From an uncultured Chloroflexia bacterium (GTDB taxonomy: Bacteria > Chloroflexota > Anaerolineae > Anaerolineales > UBA4823), in contig CAVORW010000003.1 of assembly GCA_963698715.1 (NCBI GenBank), positions 294,670 to 358,669 of the forward strand: a stretch of 64,000 nucleotides of DNA, in the 5' to 3' direction. The notes under the pieces were generated by a model, which had not been told where the DNA came from, made no database searches, and was given only the letters and a program-made list of their open reading frames with translations. Shown here piece by piece: positions 26,871 to 37,298 of this stretch (its first letter is position 1; every line of letters begins with the position of its first letter). Position numbers and translations under genes: made by a program.

Positions 26871-29800
26871 TCAGGGACCGATTTCAGCCTTGAGCGCGAT
26901 CACAACTCGCTGGTATTCGGCATCGATTTTTCCCAGCAGCTGGGGGGCTTCTTCCATCCGGCCCTCTTCAGCTGCGATTTCCAGGTTCTGAAGCAGACCA
27001 ACCAGGGTCATGGCTCCCAGGTTGCCGCTGCTGCCTTTCAGCCGGTGGGAGGCATACTCGAGGGCCTTGATATCCAGGGTTGCGATCGCTTTACGGAGCG
27101 TTGCCAGCAGTTCTTCGGCGTCTTCAAAATATATTCCAATCAGATCTTTGAGAAAATCCGGTTCGTCTTCTCCAGATAGGGAGCGCAAACCAGAAATGGT
27201 GATTGGATCCAGGATGGCAGGACCTAGCGCGATGACATTTTGTGGGGCGGGGTTAGCATCCGACACATCCGGGGGTACCGGCATCCATAAGTTAAGCACT
27301 TCAGCCAGGCGGCCCATATTGACGGGTTTGCTGATGTAATCATCCATCCCGGCAGCCATACAGGCCTCCTGATCACCTTGCATGGCATTGGCAGTCATGG
27401 CAATCACTGGCGTATGGTCGCCTGTAACGGCCTCAATCTGGCGTATCATGCGAGTCGCTTCGAACCCATCCATTTCGGGCATCTGGCAGTCCATGATCAC
27501 CAAGGCATACCTGCCCGGGGTGCGCATGACCAGTTTAATCGCTTCAACCGCCTCTGAGCCATTGCCAACAACCTGTGCAATGTAACCCAGCTTCTGCAGT
27601 TGGAGCTGGACAACCCGCTGGTTGGCAGGGTTGTCTTCAGCCACCAGGATCAACCGTCCAGCCCGCAATGCGCCGGTTTGAGTCAATTGAGTGGTTAGCG
27701 ATTTATTTCGCAGACTGCCCGTATCAGGGCGATCTTCCGGCGCACTGGGAGCGCCATTGATCGCTTCAGCGATCGCGTCGAACAACAAGGATTGCTTAAC
27801 GGGCTTGGTTAGATAGGCCGAGAATCCTGCTTCAATCGCCTCCATCCCGCGGTTGCGCTGGTCAAAGGCAGTTAACAAAATCAGCTTTGTTCTGTCCAGA
27901 GCTTTGTCCCCATGGATGATTTGGGCGATCGTGATCCCATCCATGCGTGGCATCGCCAGATCAATGATCGCAATATCGAATGGCTCTCGCTTGGCGATCG
28001 CTTGATTCATTTTGGCCAGTCCGTCAGAACCGCTAACGGCCCGACTGCATTTCATTCCCCAGGAGGTGATGTACTGGTGCAGGATCTCACGGTGGGTTTT
28101 ATTATCGTCAATGATCAGAATCTTTAAACCTTGCAGGTCTCGCTCGGCAACATCTGGTTTTGATTCTGCGAGCGGCTGTAATGCATGTGCAAATCGAGCA
28201 GTAAACCAGAACGTTGATCCCCGTTCTGGCTCGGTTTCCACATCAATAACCCCGCCCATATGATCGACCAGCTGTTTCGAGATGGCTAACCCCAATCCCG
28301 AGCCGCCGTATTTGCGAGTCATCGAACCATCGGCTTGTGTAAAAGGCGTAAACAGCCTCTGGCGATCCGCTTCGGTCAGGCCGATCCCGCTATCCTGGAC
28401 TGAAAACCGCAATACCACCCCCTGCTCATTGCGGGATTCCAGAGCTGCGCGCACCACTACTTGGCCTTGGTCGGTGAACTTGACAGCATTGCCGATTAGA
28501 TTGACCAGTACCTGCCGCAATCGGGATGGGTCGCCCTGAACCTGATCTGGGATTACAGGGTCTACAAAAGTCATTAAGGACAGCCCTTTTTGCTGAGCCT
28601 TGGTCGCAAAAAGTTCAGCGGCGCCTTCAACAGTTTGAAGGGGTTCAAAATCGACATTTTCAAAGATCAGTTTACCTGCCTCGATCTTTGAAAAATCCAG
28701 AATATCATTGATCAGGGTCAACAAAGATTGGGAAGAATCGCGAATGATTGTAGCGAACTCTCGCTGTTCGTCATTAAGGCGCGAATCCAGCAGCAATTCG
28801 CTCATGCCGATAATCGCGTTCATAGGTGTCCGAATTTCATGACTCATGTTCGCCAGAAATTCGGATTTCATTCGGGAAGCTTCCAGGGCCCGCTCGTGGG
28901 CGATTGCCAGAGCCTGATTTTTTTGAGCGATTTCCTCAGTATAACTCTGCAACTGGCGAGTTTTATCTTCACGCTCGAGTTCCCCACCAATCCATTGGGC
29001 CATCAGTCTCAAGAACTCTTTATCGCTGGTTTGGAACTGGCGCGGGAAAGGTTTCAGGCTGGAAAAGCTGAGAGTTCCGTAGACTCGGCCGTCGACCAAT
29101 ACCGGGGCGCCAAGGTAAGCCTCAATTTTCAGGGCTTGATAGGCAGCATGCAAGCGCCACTCGCTCTTGCCGGCTTGTTCGAAGTGAACAGGCCCGCCGG
29201 CACGAATCGTATCGTAGCAAAATGTTTCGCGCAGCGCCAGTATGTCTCCTGGCTGGGTAGTTTTTTCGTTGGAATGTACAGCAATTGCCTGGTAGCGCTC
29301 ACCGGTGATGCGCGACAGAATCCCTGTGGGTAAACCAAAGTGTTGGCAGCCCATCACCAGCAAGGCTTGTACTCGATCGGAGAATTCGAGCTGCTGGGCG
29401 GAAGCGATGTTATACAACGTCCGGATCGACTCTTCGCTGCGGCGCAGAGCCTGGAGGGATTGCCGGCGCTCAGTCAGATCTGTAACCACGGATATCGTGC
29501 CAGTCAGCTCTTCGTTCTGCCAGCGCGGCGCAGCAGTGATCATGGCGTACACGATGTTGCCATCAGCTCTCAGCAGTCGAGTTTCATAAATGTCCGTACG
29601 GCCGGCCGCGCACTCTTCTTGTGATTTTCGCAACGCATCGTGATCGTTTTTCAAGGTAACGTCAAACATCGTCAGGCCAATCAAATCCTCCGGCAGGCGA
29701 CCGAGGATGGAGGCCAGTGCCGGATTGACATATTCGAATTTGCAGCTAATTGTGGTAACAGCCAATCCCTGGCCCATAGTGTTCATGACTTGTAAGGCAA

Positions 29801-30425
29801 AATCTCTTTGCACCTGCAATTCGCTTTCGATCCGCTTGCGCTGGTTGAGCTCCTGCTGGAGCTGGCCGTACAGGCGAGCGTTCGCCAGCGCCTGCCCAGC
29901 TGCCTGGGCAATCTGCTCTGCCAGTCTGATCTCGTCCTGGGTGAACTGGCGAGGTTGAGTGTCATTCAAAACAAGGGTACCGATCAAACGACTGTTCACA
30001 ATTACTGGCACAATCAGGACCGAAACGGATTCGCGTTGGATCAGTTCTTCGCGCAGCGAAGCCAGGCGCGGATCGTTTTGAGCGTCAGGAATGACCTGGG
30101 GCGATTTAGATTTTAGAATAACTTGAATGATAGGGGTCTGGCTGACGGGTATGATTTTGCCTAGGGTAGTAGGAAGGTTAAGAGCGTTGAATTCTGCAAA
30201 TACAGTCAGGTAGGCCCGATTGGCATTCATCAAGGCGAAGGCTACCTGGGGAATTTCGAAAGTCCTGCCCAGTTCTTCGCAAATCGTTTGCAGGATGTCT
30301 TTGAGTTTGAGCGATGAAAGTGCAGCTGATATGACTCGATTGAGCACCAGAGCTTCGCGTAGGCGGCTGTCTGTTCCCTGGTTGAGAATTGCTTCTGGTT
30401 TCACTTTTTTTGACTGGTTCATCAT
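26871..30425 (-). CDS. hybrid sensor histidine kinase: GAF-PAS-GAF-HisKA-HATPase-REC-REC-HPt
   Basis: 1184 aa. H-box [21 protein letters not shown] boxes ([26 protein letters not shown]), two receiver domains ([14 protein letters not shown] and [13 protein letters not shown]), and a C-terminal HPt ([14 protein letters not shown]). Confidence 0.9.
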   Translation of the reverse strand: MMNQSKKVKPEAILNQGTDSRLREALVLNRVISAALSSLKLKDILQTICEELGRTFEIPQVAFALMNANRAYLTVFAEFNALNLPTTLGKIIPVSQTPIIQVILKSKSPQVIPDAQNDPRLASLREELIQRESVSVLIVPVIVNSRLIGTLVLNDTQPRQFTQDEIRLAEQIAQAAGQALANARLYGQLQQELNQRKRIESELQVQRDFALQVMNTMGQGLAVTTISCKFEYVNPALASILGRLPEDLIGLTMFDVTLKNDHDALRKSQEECAAGRTDIYETRLLRADGNIVYAMITAAPRWQNEELTGTISVVTDLTERRQSLQALRRSEESIRTLYNIASAQQLEFSDRVQALLVMGCQHFGLPTGILSRITGERYQAIAVHSNEKTTQPGDILALRETFCYDTIRAGGPVHFEQAGKSEWRLHAAYQALKIEAYLGAPVLVDGRVYGTLSFSSLKPFPRQFQTSDKEFLRLMAQWIGGELEREDKTRQLQSYTEEIAQKNQALAIAHERALEASRMKSEFLANMSHEIRTPMNAIIGMSELLLDSRLNDEQREFATIIRDSSQSLLTLINDILDFSKIEAGKLIFENVDFEPLQTVEGAAELFATKAQQKGLSLMTFVDPVIPDQVQGDPSRLRQVLVNLIGNAVKFTDQGQVVVRAALESRNEQGVVLRFSVQDSGIGLTEADRQRLFTPFTQADGSMTRKYGGSGLGLAISKQLVDHMGGVIDVETEPERGSTFWFTARFAHALQPLAESKPDVAERDLQGLKILIIDDNKTHREILHQYITSWGMKCSRAVSGSDGLAKMNQAIAKREPFDIAIIDLAMPRMDGITIAQIIHGDKALDRTKLILLTAFDQRNRGMEAIEAGFSAYLTKPVKQSLLFDAIAEAINGAPSAPEDRPDTGSLRNKSLTTQLTQTGALRAGRLILVAEDNPANQRVVQLQLQKLGYIAQVVGNGSEAVEAIKLVMRTPGRYALVIMDCQMPEMDGFEATRMIRQIEAVTGDHTPVIAMTANAMQGDQEACMAAGMDDYISKPVNMGRLAEVLNLWMPVPPDVSDANPAPQNVIALGPAILDPITISGLRSLSGEDEPDFLKDLIGIYFEDAEELLATLRKAIATLDIKALEYASHRLKGSSGNLGAMTLVGLLQNLEIAAEEGRMEEAPQLLGKIDAEYQRVVIALKAEIGP

Positions 30426-31265
30426 ATTATTCGCTCAGTCTTTTGCCTGGATAACCTGCCGAAAATCCGGCTGCGATTTCTGTTCAATGCAGCGGAGGTA
30501 TGTCAGGTATCCATTTCTACCCTGGGCTGAGTAGTATGAAAATGTCACATTCGAAGGGTTTCCAAGATTTTTGGGCGAGCAACTGGCATTCGCTTGCCAC
30601 TTACCCAAAATAAATCGAACCTCTCTCGATTATTGTGTCATTAAAAAGGTCGTTACATAGTAATTATAACTTGGCTCAGATTTTTGTCCAAATTTCATAG
30701 CTCTGATTGAGATTTCCTCACACCCAACCCCGTCCCAGCTTCGTAAGTCCGATTAATGTCATTTTGGTCAACAGCGAATATGCACCCACCCACTGATTCT
30801 CATGCCTTTAAATAATTGCCATCGTTTATTTTAAAGTCTGTCAGGGTGTACAAAAGCCGCCATCCACAGATAAACTATGTTAATGCTCCCTGCCAATTAT
30901 AACCTTGTGCAAGGTGGGCGGCTGTGACAAAACGCAGGGCTCTTTGGGTATCTGGGGTAGGGAGAATATGTAGTGGTTAATAGTCCCCAGACAGGCTGTA
31001 TATCTGTGTAAATTGTCGATCGAGATGGGGCACAAGCTGCTGAGTGAGGATCACCGGCATCAGCCCAATCGTTCCAATCAAATCACAATGATGGGGGGCA
31101 ACGATATAATTGAGGTGCGCTAAAAGTCTATAGATCTGCAGTATTTTCGTGCGCCCATTCAATTTGGGTCACTTAATCAATTTTTGCGAATAGTATAATA
31201 TTACAATCAATTACCCTTCGCCCTCTCTAACAACCAGGGTCTTTAGGAATTGCTGGGGTGGTACG

Positions 31266-31315
31266 CCAGATTTGGGATGTGAGCGTGCAACCGCACGCTC
31301 ACATCCCAAATCTGG
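31266..31315. repeat. perfect 23-bp inverted repeat with a 4-nt loop
   Basis: CCAGATTTGGGATGTGAGCGTGC (31266-31288), AACC, GCACGCTCACATCCCAAATCTGG (31293-31315). It lies in a divergent intergenic region, about 60 nt upstream of galT. Confidence 0.9.
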
Positions 31316-31377
31316 GACTCCCCCACAGATTCCCCGAGAAGCAACAACCAGAACTAGAAACCTGAAAGGTTAAAGAT

Positions 31378-32454
31378 ATGAATTACGATACGCCACATCG
31401 AAGATACAATCCTTTAACCCGCGAATGGGTGCTGGTTTCTCCTCACCGTGATCGGCGTCCATGGTTGGGACAGGTCGAAAAAGTGGCCGCTGAGGGTCTC
31501 CCAGCGTATGACCCGAGCTGCTATCTCTGTCCAAGCAATGAGCGGGCCGGGGGAGTCCGAAATCCCGCCTATGACACGACCTTTGTTTTTGATAATGATT
31601 TCCCCGCCTTGCTGCTCTCCGCAGATCTTATGAAAACAGGGGAAGGAATTGAAATCGTGGCGCAGCGTGCCAGCGATCTGTTCAGAGCTGAGCCAGAGGC
31701 CGGTATCTGTCGAGTAGTGTGCTTCTCGCCGCGCCACGACCTTACCCTACCTGAATTATCTTTGCCAGAGATCGAGAACATTATCCAGACCTGGACTGAA
31801 CAATCTCGCGACCTGGGGAGCCGAAAAGTGATTAATTATGTTCAGGTATTCGAGAATAAAGGTGCAGCCATGGGCTGCTCAAATCCTCACCCTCACAGCC
31901 AGATATGGGCACTTACCCATATCCCGAATGAGCCTGCCAAAGAACTGGCCTCTTTAGCGGATTATGAGGCAGAGCACCAAGCTTGCCTGTTGTGTGATTA
32001 TCTGAAGGAAGAAAGGCAGCGCCAGGAACGCATTGTGGCCGCCAACGACGCTTTTACCGCACTGGTTCCGTTCTGGGCTGTATGGCCATTCGAGATCCTT
32101 TTACTGAGTAACCGCCATGCTGCTTCGCTGATGGATTTGTCCCCTGGCGAAGTCAGTGGTCTGGCAGATATTCTGCAACAGCTGACGATCCGGCTTGACA
32201 ATCTGTTTGAGGTCTCGTTCCCATACTCGATGGGCTTTCACCAGGCCCCCACGAATGATGAAAGCTGGGCTGGGTGTCACCTGCATGCGCATTATTATCC
32301 CCCACTGCTTCGGTCTGCATCGGTACGAAAATTTATGGTCGGGTTTGAGATGCTGGCCATGCCCCAGCGTGATCTGGCGCCGGAAACCGCTGCCGATCGC
32401 TTGCGTAATGTCGACAGTGTCCATTACATCCAGTGCCCGCCAACCGCTGGATGA
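31378..32454 (+). CDS. galT: galactose-1-phosphate uridylyltransferase
   Basis: 358 aa. [16 protein letters not shown], zinc-site [15 protein letters not shown], and the active-site [10 protein letters not shown] (HxHxQ). Confidence 0.9.
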   Translation: MNYDTPHRRYNPLTREWVLVSPHRDRRPWLGQVEKVAAEGLPAYDPSCYLCPSNERAGGVRNPAYDTTFVFDNDFPALLLSADLMKTGEGIEIVAQRASDLFRAEPEAGICRVVCFSPRHDLTLPELSLPEIENIIQTWTEQSRDLGSRKVINYVQVFENKGAAMGCSNPHPHSQIWALTHIPNEPAKELASLADYEAEHQACLLCDYLKEERQRQERIVAANDAFTALVPFWAVWPFEILLLSNRHAASLMDLSPGEVSGLADILQQLTIRLDNLFEVSFPYSMGFHQAPTNDESWAGCHLHAHYYPPLLRSASVRKFMVGFEMLAMPQRDLAPETAADRLRNVDSVHYIQCPPTAG

Positions 32455-32778
32455 GTGAATTGTTTTAAAGCAGTGGCGCATTCGACTAAGAGTAAGGTTG
32501 CATACGTTCCAGAAGTTGGAGTTTGCCTGCTGCTGCCTTGCACTACATATACACCCATACCCCAGAGAGCGATCGTGGACATATTCCACCCGGAGGAATG
32601 AAAATCTACCTTATTTTCAAGGCAGCCCATCGAGCCCTTATTCGTCAACAGCTGGGCAGTGGTACAATCGTTCCAGGTTGCAGCCCAAGGTGCGATATTG
32701 GCCTGGTTATCCCACAATTTACCCACAATATCCCACAGTTATGTGTGATTCTGATCGGTTATCCCAAAGTTAATTGAT

Positions 32779-33799
32779 ATGAGCGAACAAATTGAAGTCC
32801 TGATTACGGTACCCTTTTCCGACAAACTGATCAATTCATTGATTGCCCTATCGCCGCGGCTTAAGATTTCATCTTGTAGAAGCCCAAAAATCAACTGAGA
32901 TTTCTCCGGATTTGTGGAAAAGGATTGAGGTGCTGTACACCGCCCGGATTCTACCTGCCCCCGATCAGGCTCCTCGCCTGCGCTGGATCCAATTCCCTTT
33001 TGCAGGTATAGATCATGTAGCCAATGCAGCGATTATCAGCAACCCGGATGTTAGAGTCACCACCTCCAGTGGGACGATGGCCTCTCAGGTCGCAGAATAT
33101 ATTCTCGCGATGCTTTTAGGTCTTGGTCATCATCTCCCCGAATTGATCAGCCAGCAGCGCCGGGTGGAATGGCCGCGCGACACTTGGGAGCGTTTCAGCC
33201 CGCGCGAACTGCGCGGCAGCACCGTTGGCATCATCGGCTATGGGAGCATTGGACGCCAGCTCGCACGCCTGCTCCAACCTTTTGGCGTGGAAATACTCGC
33301 TACGAAGCAGAATGCCATGCACCCCGAAGATCATGGCTATATCCCGGATGAAATGGGCGATCCCCAGGGCGAGATGGTACACAAACTCTACCCGGCCCAG
33401 GCGTTGAAGTCGATGATTAAAAAGTCAGACTTTGTTGTGGTGTGTGTGCCGTTGACGCCGGAGACGCGCAATCTGATCGGCCAGCAAGAGCTGGCGGCCT
33501 TCAAACCAGAAGCTTACCTGATAGATGTCTCGCGTGGCGGGATTGTGGATCAGACTGCCCTTCTGGCTGCGCTGAAAGATCGCAAACTGGCGGGTGCGGC
33601 CGTAGATGTATTTCCTGTGGAGCCGCTTCCGGAGGACAGCCCGCTGTGGAAGGCGCCTAACCTGGTGCTGACGCCTCATATCGCGGGTATCAGCACCTAC
33701 TTCAACCAGCGCGCTTTGCAGTTGTTCATTGAAAATCTTCGCCGGTATATGGCTGGCCAAACCCTGCTAAATATTTTTGATCCCGAACGGGGTTATTGA
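32779..33799 (+). CDS. D-isomer-specific 2-hydroxyacid dehydrogenase family protein with an apparent +1 frameshift near the 5' end
   Basis: The track ORF (TTG 32843) lacks the first beta-alpha unit. An ATG at 32779 encodes MSEQIEVLITVPFSDKLINSLIALSPRLKI in the -1 frame and stops at 32896. Removing one T from the TTT run at 32867-32869 joins it to HLVEAQKSTEISPDLWKRIEVLYT... The NAD motif is GIIGYGSIGRQLA and the catalytic region is TPHIAG. Confidence 0.7.
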
Positions 33800-33805
33800 G
33801 GTTTC

Positions 33806-34573
33806 GTGCCTTATCCATTCAAAGCAGTTATCTTTGATCTGGGCAACACGCTGATCTATTTCACCGGAGTCTGGCCGGAGGTTATGGCACAGGCCGATTC
33901 AGCGCTCTTTAAACACCTGCGGGCTGTCGGGCTAAAATTAGACGAGAGCAGTTTTCTGGCAGAATTCCGGACTCGCTTGAATGCTTATTATCAGGAGCGA
34001 GAATCCGAATTTATTGAATACACTACTCGGTATTTTTTAAAAGAAATGCTTACCGAGGTTGGATATCCGGACTTTCTCGAAAAGGCCTTGCAAGATGCGC
34101 TGCGTGAATATTACGCAGTCTCACAAAATTACTGGCTGCTGGAGAGCGACACTCTAACAACCCTTCAGATCCTATCAAATCGCGGATACCGCCTGGGACT
34201 GGTTTCTAACGCAGCCGATGATCCTGATGTCCAGGCCCTGGTGGATAAGGCTGGCATCCGGCCCTATTTCGACCTGATCCTGACATCCGCCGCCCAAGGA
34301 ATTCGGAAGCCTGATCCGCGGATTTTTAGTCCGCTGATCGATCGCTGGGGGTTTGCCCCTGGGCAAATTGCCATGGTAGGCGATACCCTGGGTGCAGACA
34401 TCCTGGGGGCTCAAAATGCCGGGGTGTTCAGCATCTGGATCACAAGAAGAGCGGACACTCCCGCGAATCGTGCTCATCAGGGGACCATTCGCCCGGATGC
34501 AGTCATCGACCGGTTAATTGATCTGCCAGACTACTTGGACCGGTTAAGCACCCGACAGCAGATGTCTGAGTAA
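33806..34573 (+). CDS. HAD-superfamily hydrolase (subfamily IA-like)
   Basis: GTG start. Motif I variant VIFDLGNTLIY, LGLVSNA, K...GD motif (RKPDP...MVGDTLGADILGAQNAG). Confidence 0.75.
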   Translation: MPYPFKAVIFDLGNTLIYFTGVWPEVMAQADSALFKHLRAVGLKLDESSFLAEFRTRLNAYYQERESEFIEYTTRYFLKEMLTEVGYPDFLEKALQDALREYYAVSQNYWLLESDTLTTLQILSNRGYRLGLVSNAADDPDVQALVDKAGIRPYFDLILTSAAQGIRKPDPRIFSPLIDRWGFAPGQIAMVGDTLGADILGAQNAGVFSIWITRRADTPANRAHQGTIRPDAVIDRLIDLPDYLDRLSTRQQMSE

Positions 34574-34597
34574 GCTGCGCTATTCGCATTTAGAATT

Positions 34598-34648
34598 AAT
34601 TTGTGGTTAGCAGTTTTGGGTCGCAGCCTCAAATTGCTAACCACATTT
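34598..34648. terminator. hairpin between convergent genes (possible bidirectional terminator)
   Basis: GTGGTTAGCA (34604-34613) pairs with TGCTAACCAC (34635-34644), with imperfect A/T-rich extensions on both sides. Confidence 0.45.
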
Positions 34649-34675
34649 ACTCAGTTTTATTCTCAGTCTGAATAA

Positions 34676-36544
34676 TCAAACCGGCAGGGCACTCTCCAGC
34701 CAGCGTTCAGCTTCGAGCAAGTCTTCAATGTTCCCCAGAATTGTCAGCCGGTCGCCAAGTTCAACTTGAGTGTTGCCGTGCGGGATAATGATCTCTCCAT
34801 TTCGGCCGATAGATAGGACCAGCAAGTTTCCTGGCAGGTCCAAGGAGTTCAGCCTGCGAAACTGTCCAGCTGGATTGCGTAAATGCAATTCCCGTACATC
34901 TTGTTGATCGGTTGTATTTGTCAATAATTGCATCATGTCCGGGCTGCGCGCCAGCATTGCCAGCAACGTGGGCCGGTATAATGTCGGTGCAAACGGGTGA
35001 ACGCCAAGTCTCCGGAACTCAGTCAGCCGGGCAGGATTGTTGACCAAAGATACGATGTGGCCGATTCCCTGGTGAACGGCCTTGTGGCAAATCTGAAGGT
35101 TGCGGTCATCATCCGGTGTAAGCACCAGCAATGCCTGGACTACATCCTCACATGCGGCCCCTAAACAATCATCGATCGTGTCGGCTTGAATGACCTCATA
35201 GCCGGCTTTGCGTGCCAGGTCGACCTTACTGGGGTCTGGCTCAATAAAGCGCACTCGATCGCTATGTCCAGCCAGGGTGCTCGCTACCTGCAGGCCAAGA
35301 TCGTTAGCTCCGAACAGCACCATGTGTTTTTTTTCTTTTTCCGGAGCTTGGGGAAGTATGCTGTTAAACAAGATGGGCATGATCAGTACGGTCAAAATCG
35401 CAAACAAGATGATAGCGACATTGGCGCTTTCGGTCAGCAAGCCCAGCCTTACCCCAATCACAGCCACCGCAATTTCTAAGGATAGGTGGGTATTTAAAAG
35501 CATTGCGCTGGCCAAGGTATTGCGCCATCCAATCTCTTTAACGAAGAGCAGGCTGGGGATGGTTTTGACACCGAGCGCTACGATGAGCAGAATAGGTAGC
35601 AGCAGCAAGCTTTGCGGCGAATCGATCAGGGCTCTCAGATCCAGGTTGGCTCCAACCGCAATAAAAAACACCGGTATAAAAAAGCCAAATCCAAACGCCT
35701 CCAGTTTGTGGACCAGATCGCTATCCTCCGGCCTTTTCAACAAAGAGATGATCATGCCTGCCAAAAAAGCGCCCAGGATGAGCTCAAGACCGAGCATCCC
35801 GGCCAGTACAACGAAGGCCATCAAGATAGCAATAGCCCCACGCACTTTAATTTGTACAGTAACTTGGGAAAGCTCTTCGATCATAACCCGGATTCGCCGG
35901 ATACGGAAAAAACCACCAGCCAGTCGGTAAAAGATGAAGAAAGCCAGAAATAGCAGCCCGACCGAGAAAATCTCCAGATCCAGGCCTTTGTTCAAGAATA
36001 TGATGAATACGGTCAGCAGCACAACCGTCACAAAATCGGCCAGCATAGCCGTATAAAAAATGGCTTGCCCGGTTTTTGTCCCGGACATTTCGCGCTGTTT
36101 AAGGACAGGCAGCAGCACACCCAGAGAAGTTGCACTCAGGATGAAAGCCAATAGCCAGGGGTCGCCTTCCAACCCAAGGGCGTTTAAGCCAAACCCAGCT
36201 GGTACAGCCAGTCCAAGTGTCAGCGCGTACACGCCGGCTGAAAGAGGCAAGATCTTATTGCCCGGGGTTTTATGCTGCTGGCCCCGCTTTGGGGCAGGGA
36301 ACAGTCTGTCAAAGTCGATTTCCAGTCCCGCCAGAAACATCAAAAAAGAAAGTCCAATGTTGCTGAATATTTCCAGCATTGGGTCTTGATGAACCAATCC
36401 TAACCCCGAGGCGCCAATCACGACACCAGCCAGTATCTCGCCGACCACAACCGGCAGCCAGCGTAAGCGTCCCAAGACGAGCGGTACGGCAAAGGCTAAT
36501 ACCAATACAATCAGTAAAGGTGCAAAATCCAGGTGTTCTTCCAT
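34676..36544 (-). CDS. CPA2-family cation:proton antiporter with C-terminal RCK (TrkA-N/TrkA-C) domains
   Basis: 622 aa. An N-terminal Na+/H+-exchanger membrane domain of about 390 aa (VVVGEILAGVVIGASGLG, FLMFLAGLEIDF), then a GANDLG Rossmann-like motif and a C-terminal TrkA-C-like domain. Confidence 0.8.
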   Translation of the reverse strand: MEEHLDFAPLLIVLVLAFAVPLVLGRLRWLPVVVGEILAGVVIGASGLGLVHQDPMLEIFSNIGLSFLMFLAGLEIDFDRLFPAPKRGQQHKTPGNKILPLSAGVYALTLGLAVPAGFGLNALGLEGDPWLLAFILSATSLGVLLPVLKQREMSGTKTGQAIFYTAMLADFVTVVLLTVFIIFLNKGLDLEIFSVGLLFLAFFIFYRLAGGFFRIRRIRVMIEELSQVTVQIKVRGAIAILMAFVVLAGMLGLELILGAFLAGMIISLLKRPEDSDLVHKLEAFGFGFFIPVFFIAVGANLDLRALIDSPQSLLLLPILLIVALGVKTIPSLLFVKEIGWRNTLASAMLLNTHLSLEIAVAVIGVRLGLLTESANVAIILFAILTVLIMPILFNSILPQAPEKEKKHMVLFGANDLGLQVASTLAGHSDRVRFIEPDPSKVDLARKAGYEVIQADTIDDCLGAACEDVVQALLVLTPDDDRNLQICHKAVHQGIGHIVSLVNNPARLTEFRRLGVHPFAPTLYRPTLLAMLARSPDMMQLLTNTTDQQDVRELHLRNPAGQFRRLNSLDLPGNLLVLSIGRNGEIIIPHGNTQVELGDRLTILGNIEDLLEAERWLESALPV

Positions 36545-36843
36545 TCACTTCTCCAAAAAACAATTATTTCGTTTGTACTTTGCTATTCCCAAATCCAAGA
36601 ACGGGGTGTCTTGAATTTGGCCTTTTAAGTTTTACCACAATTTCACCCCCGGATAGGATGGTGTTTGACCTGAGAATTACCGCCAGGGATGGAAAAGGCC
36701 AAACTTTACACGCAAACATCCAGGTTCGAGTTCGAGTTATCCCGAACCCACGTTATTTCCAAGCCATGTCATTAGTGTATAGATTACTTAGATATTATAT
36801 CAACAAAATAGCCCTAGCAGGGAGTGCCCGCCCCCGCCCCTGC

Positions 36844-36941
36844 GGGTGTACGCAAATGTTGTAGAAAATTATTTGGTGTTCGGTTTGTGCGGCGCCAGCC
36901 GCACAAACCGAACACCAAATCTACAAACTTTGAGTGCTCCC
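36844..36941. mobile_element. MITE-like element (copy 2, both ends present) carrying ISKra4-like terminal repeats
   Basis: The left end is GGGTGTACGCAAATGTTGTAGAA. The right end is ATCTACAAACTTTGAGTGCTCCC, which is its imperfect reverse complement. The central perfect hairpin pairs GGTGTTCGGTTTGTGCGGC with GCCGCACAAACCGAACACC. The flanks are gCCCCTGc and aCCCCTGt, a degenerate 8-bp duplication. Confidence 0.6.
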
Positions 36942-37298
36942 ACCCCTGTCCATCTTTCAAAGGAAAGCATACTTTACCACAGGCGAAGTGATTTCGGGGT
37001 TCTCATCAGGATGGTTCTGTGGAAAACTCCGGGGTGGGATTTTTACATTGATTCCTGGACATGCTCTTTGTGATAGTCTTATGTGGCGATCCTGGATATT
37101 GTCCATCCGAAGATATTCTGATCTGCCGTCTATTCAAGGCAGCCTGAATTGGTAGATGTCTCAATCATTCTTTCGGCCTTTATAATAGACAGGACTTGCG
37201 CAGTTATAGTAGGGTTGGGTGTATTTGGGCAGGCTGAGTTTGCACGGTGATTTGCAACCAATACGTATCTCTTATAGCTAGAGGGAAGGTAAGCATTT

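Noticed and set aside
34586-34597. Short matches to the second IS terminal repeat (ATTTAGAATT at 34587-34596, AATTTAGAATA at 59043-59053), possibly solo-IR remnants.
   Set aside because: Only 9-10 nt match, in AT-rich intergenic DNA. I judged that too short to distinguish from a chance match in a window of this size, and there is no adjacent IS-like sequence.
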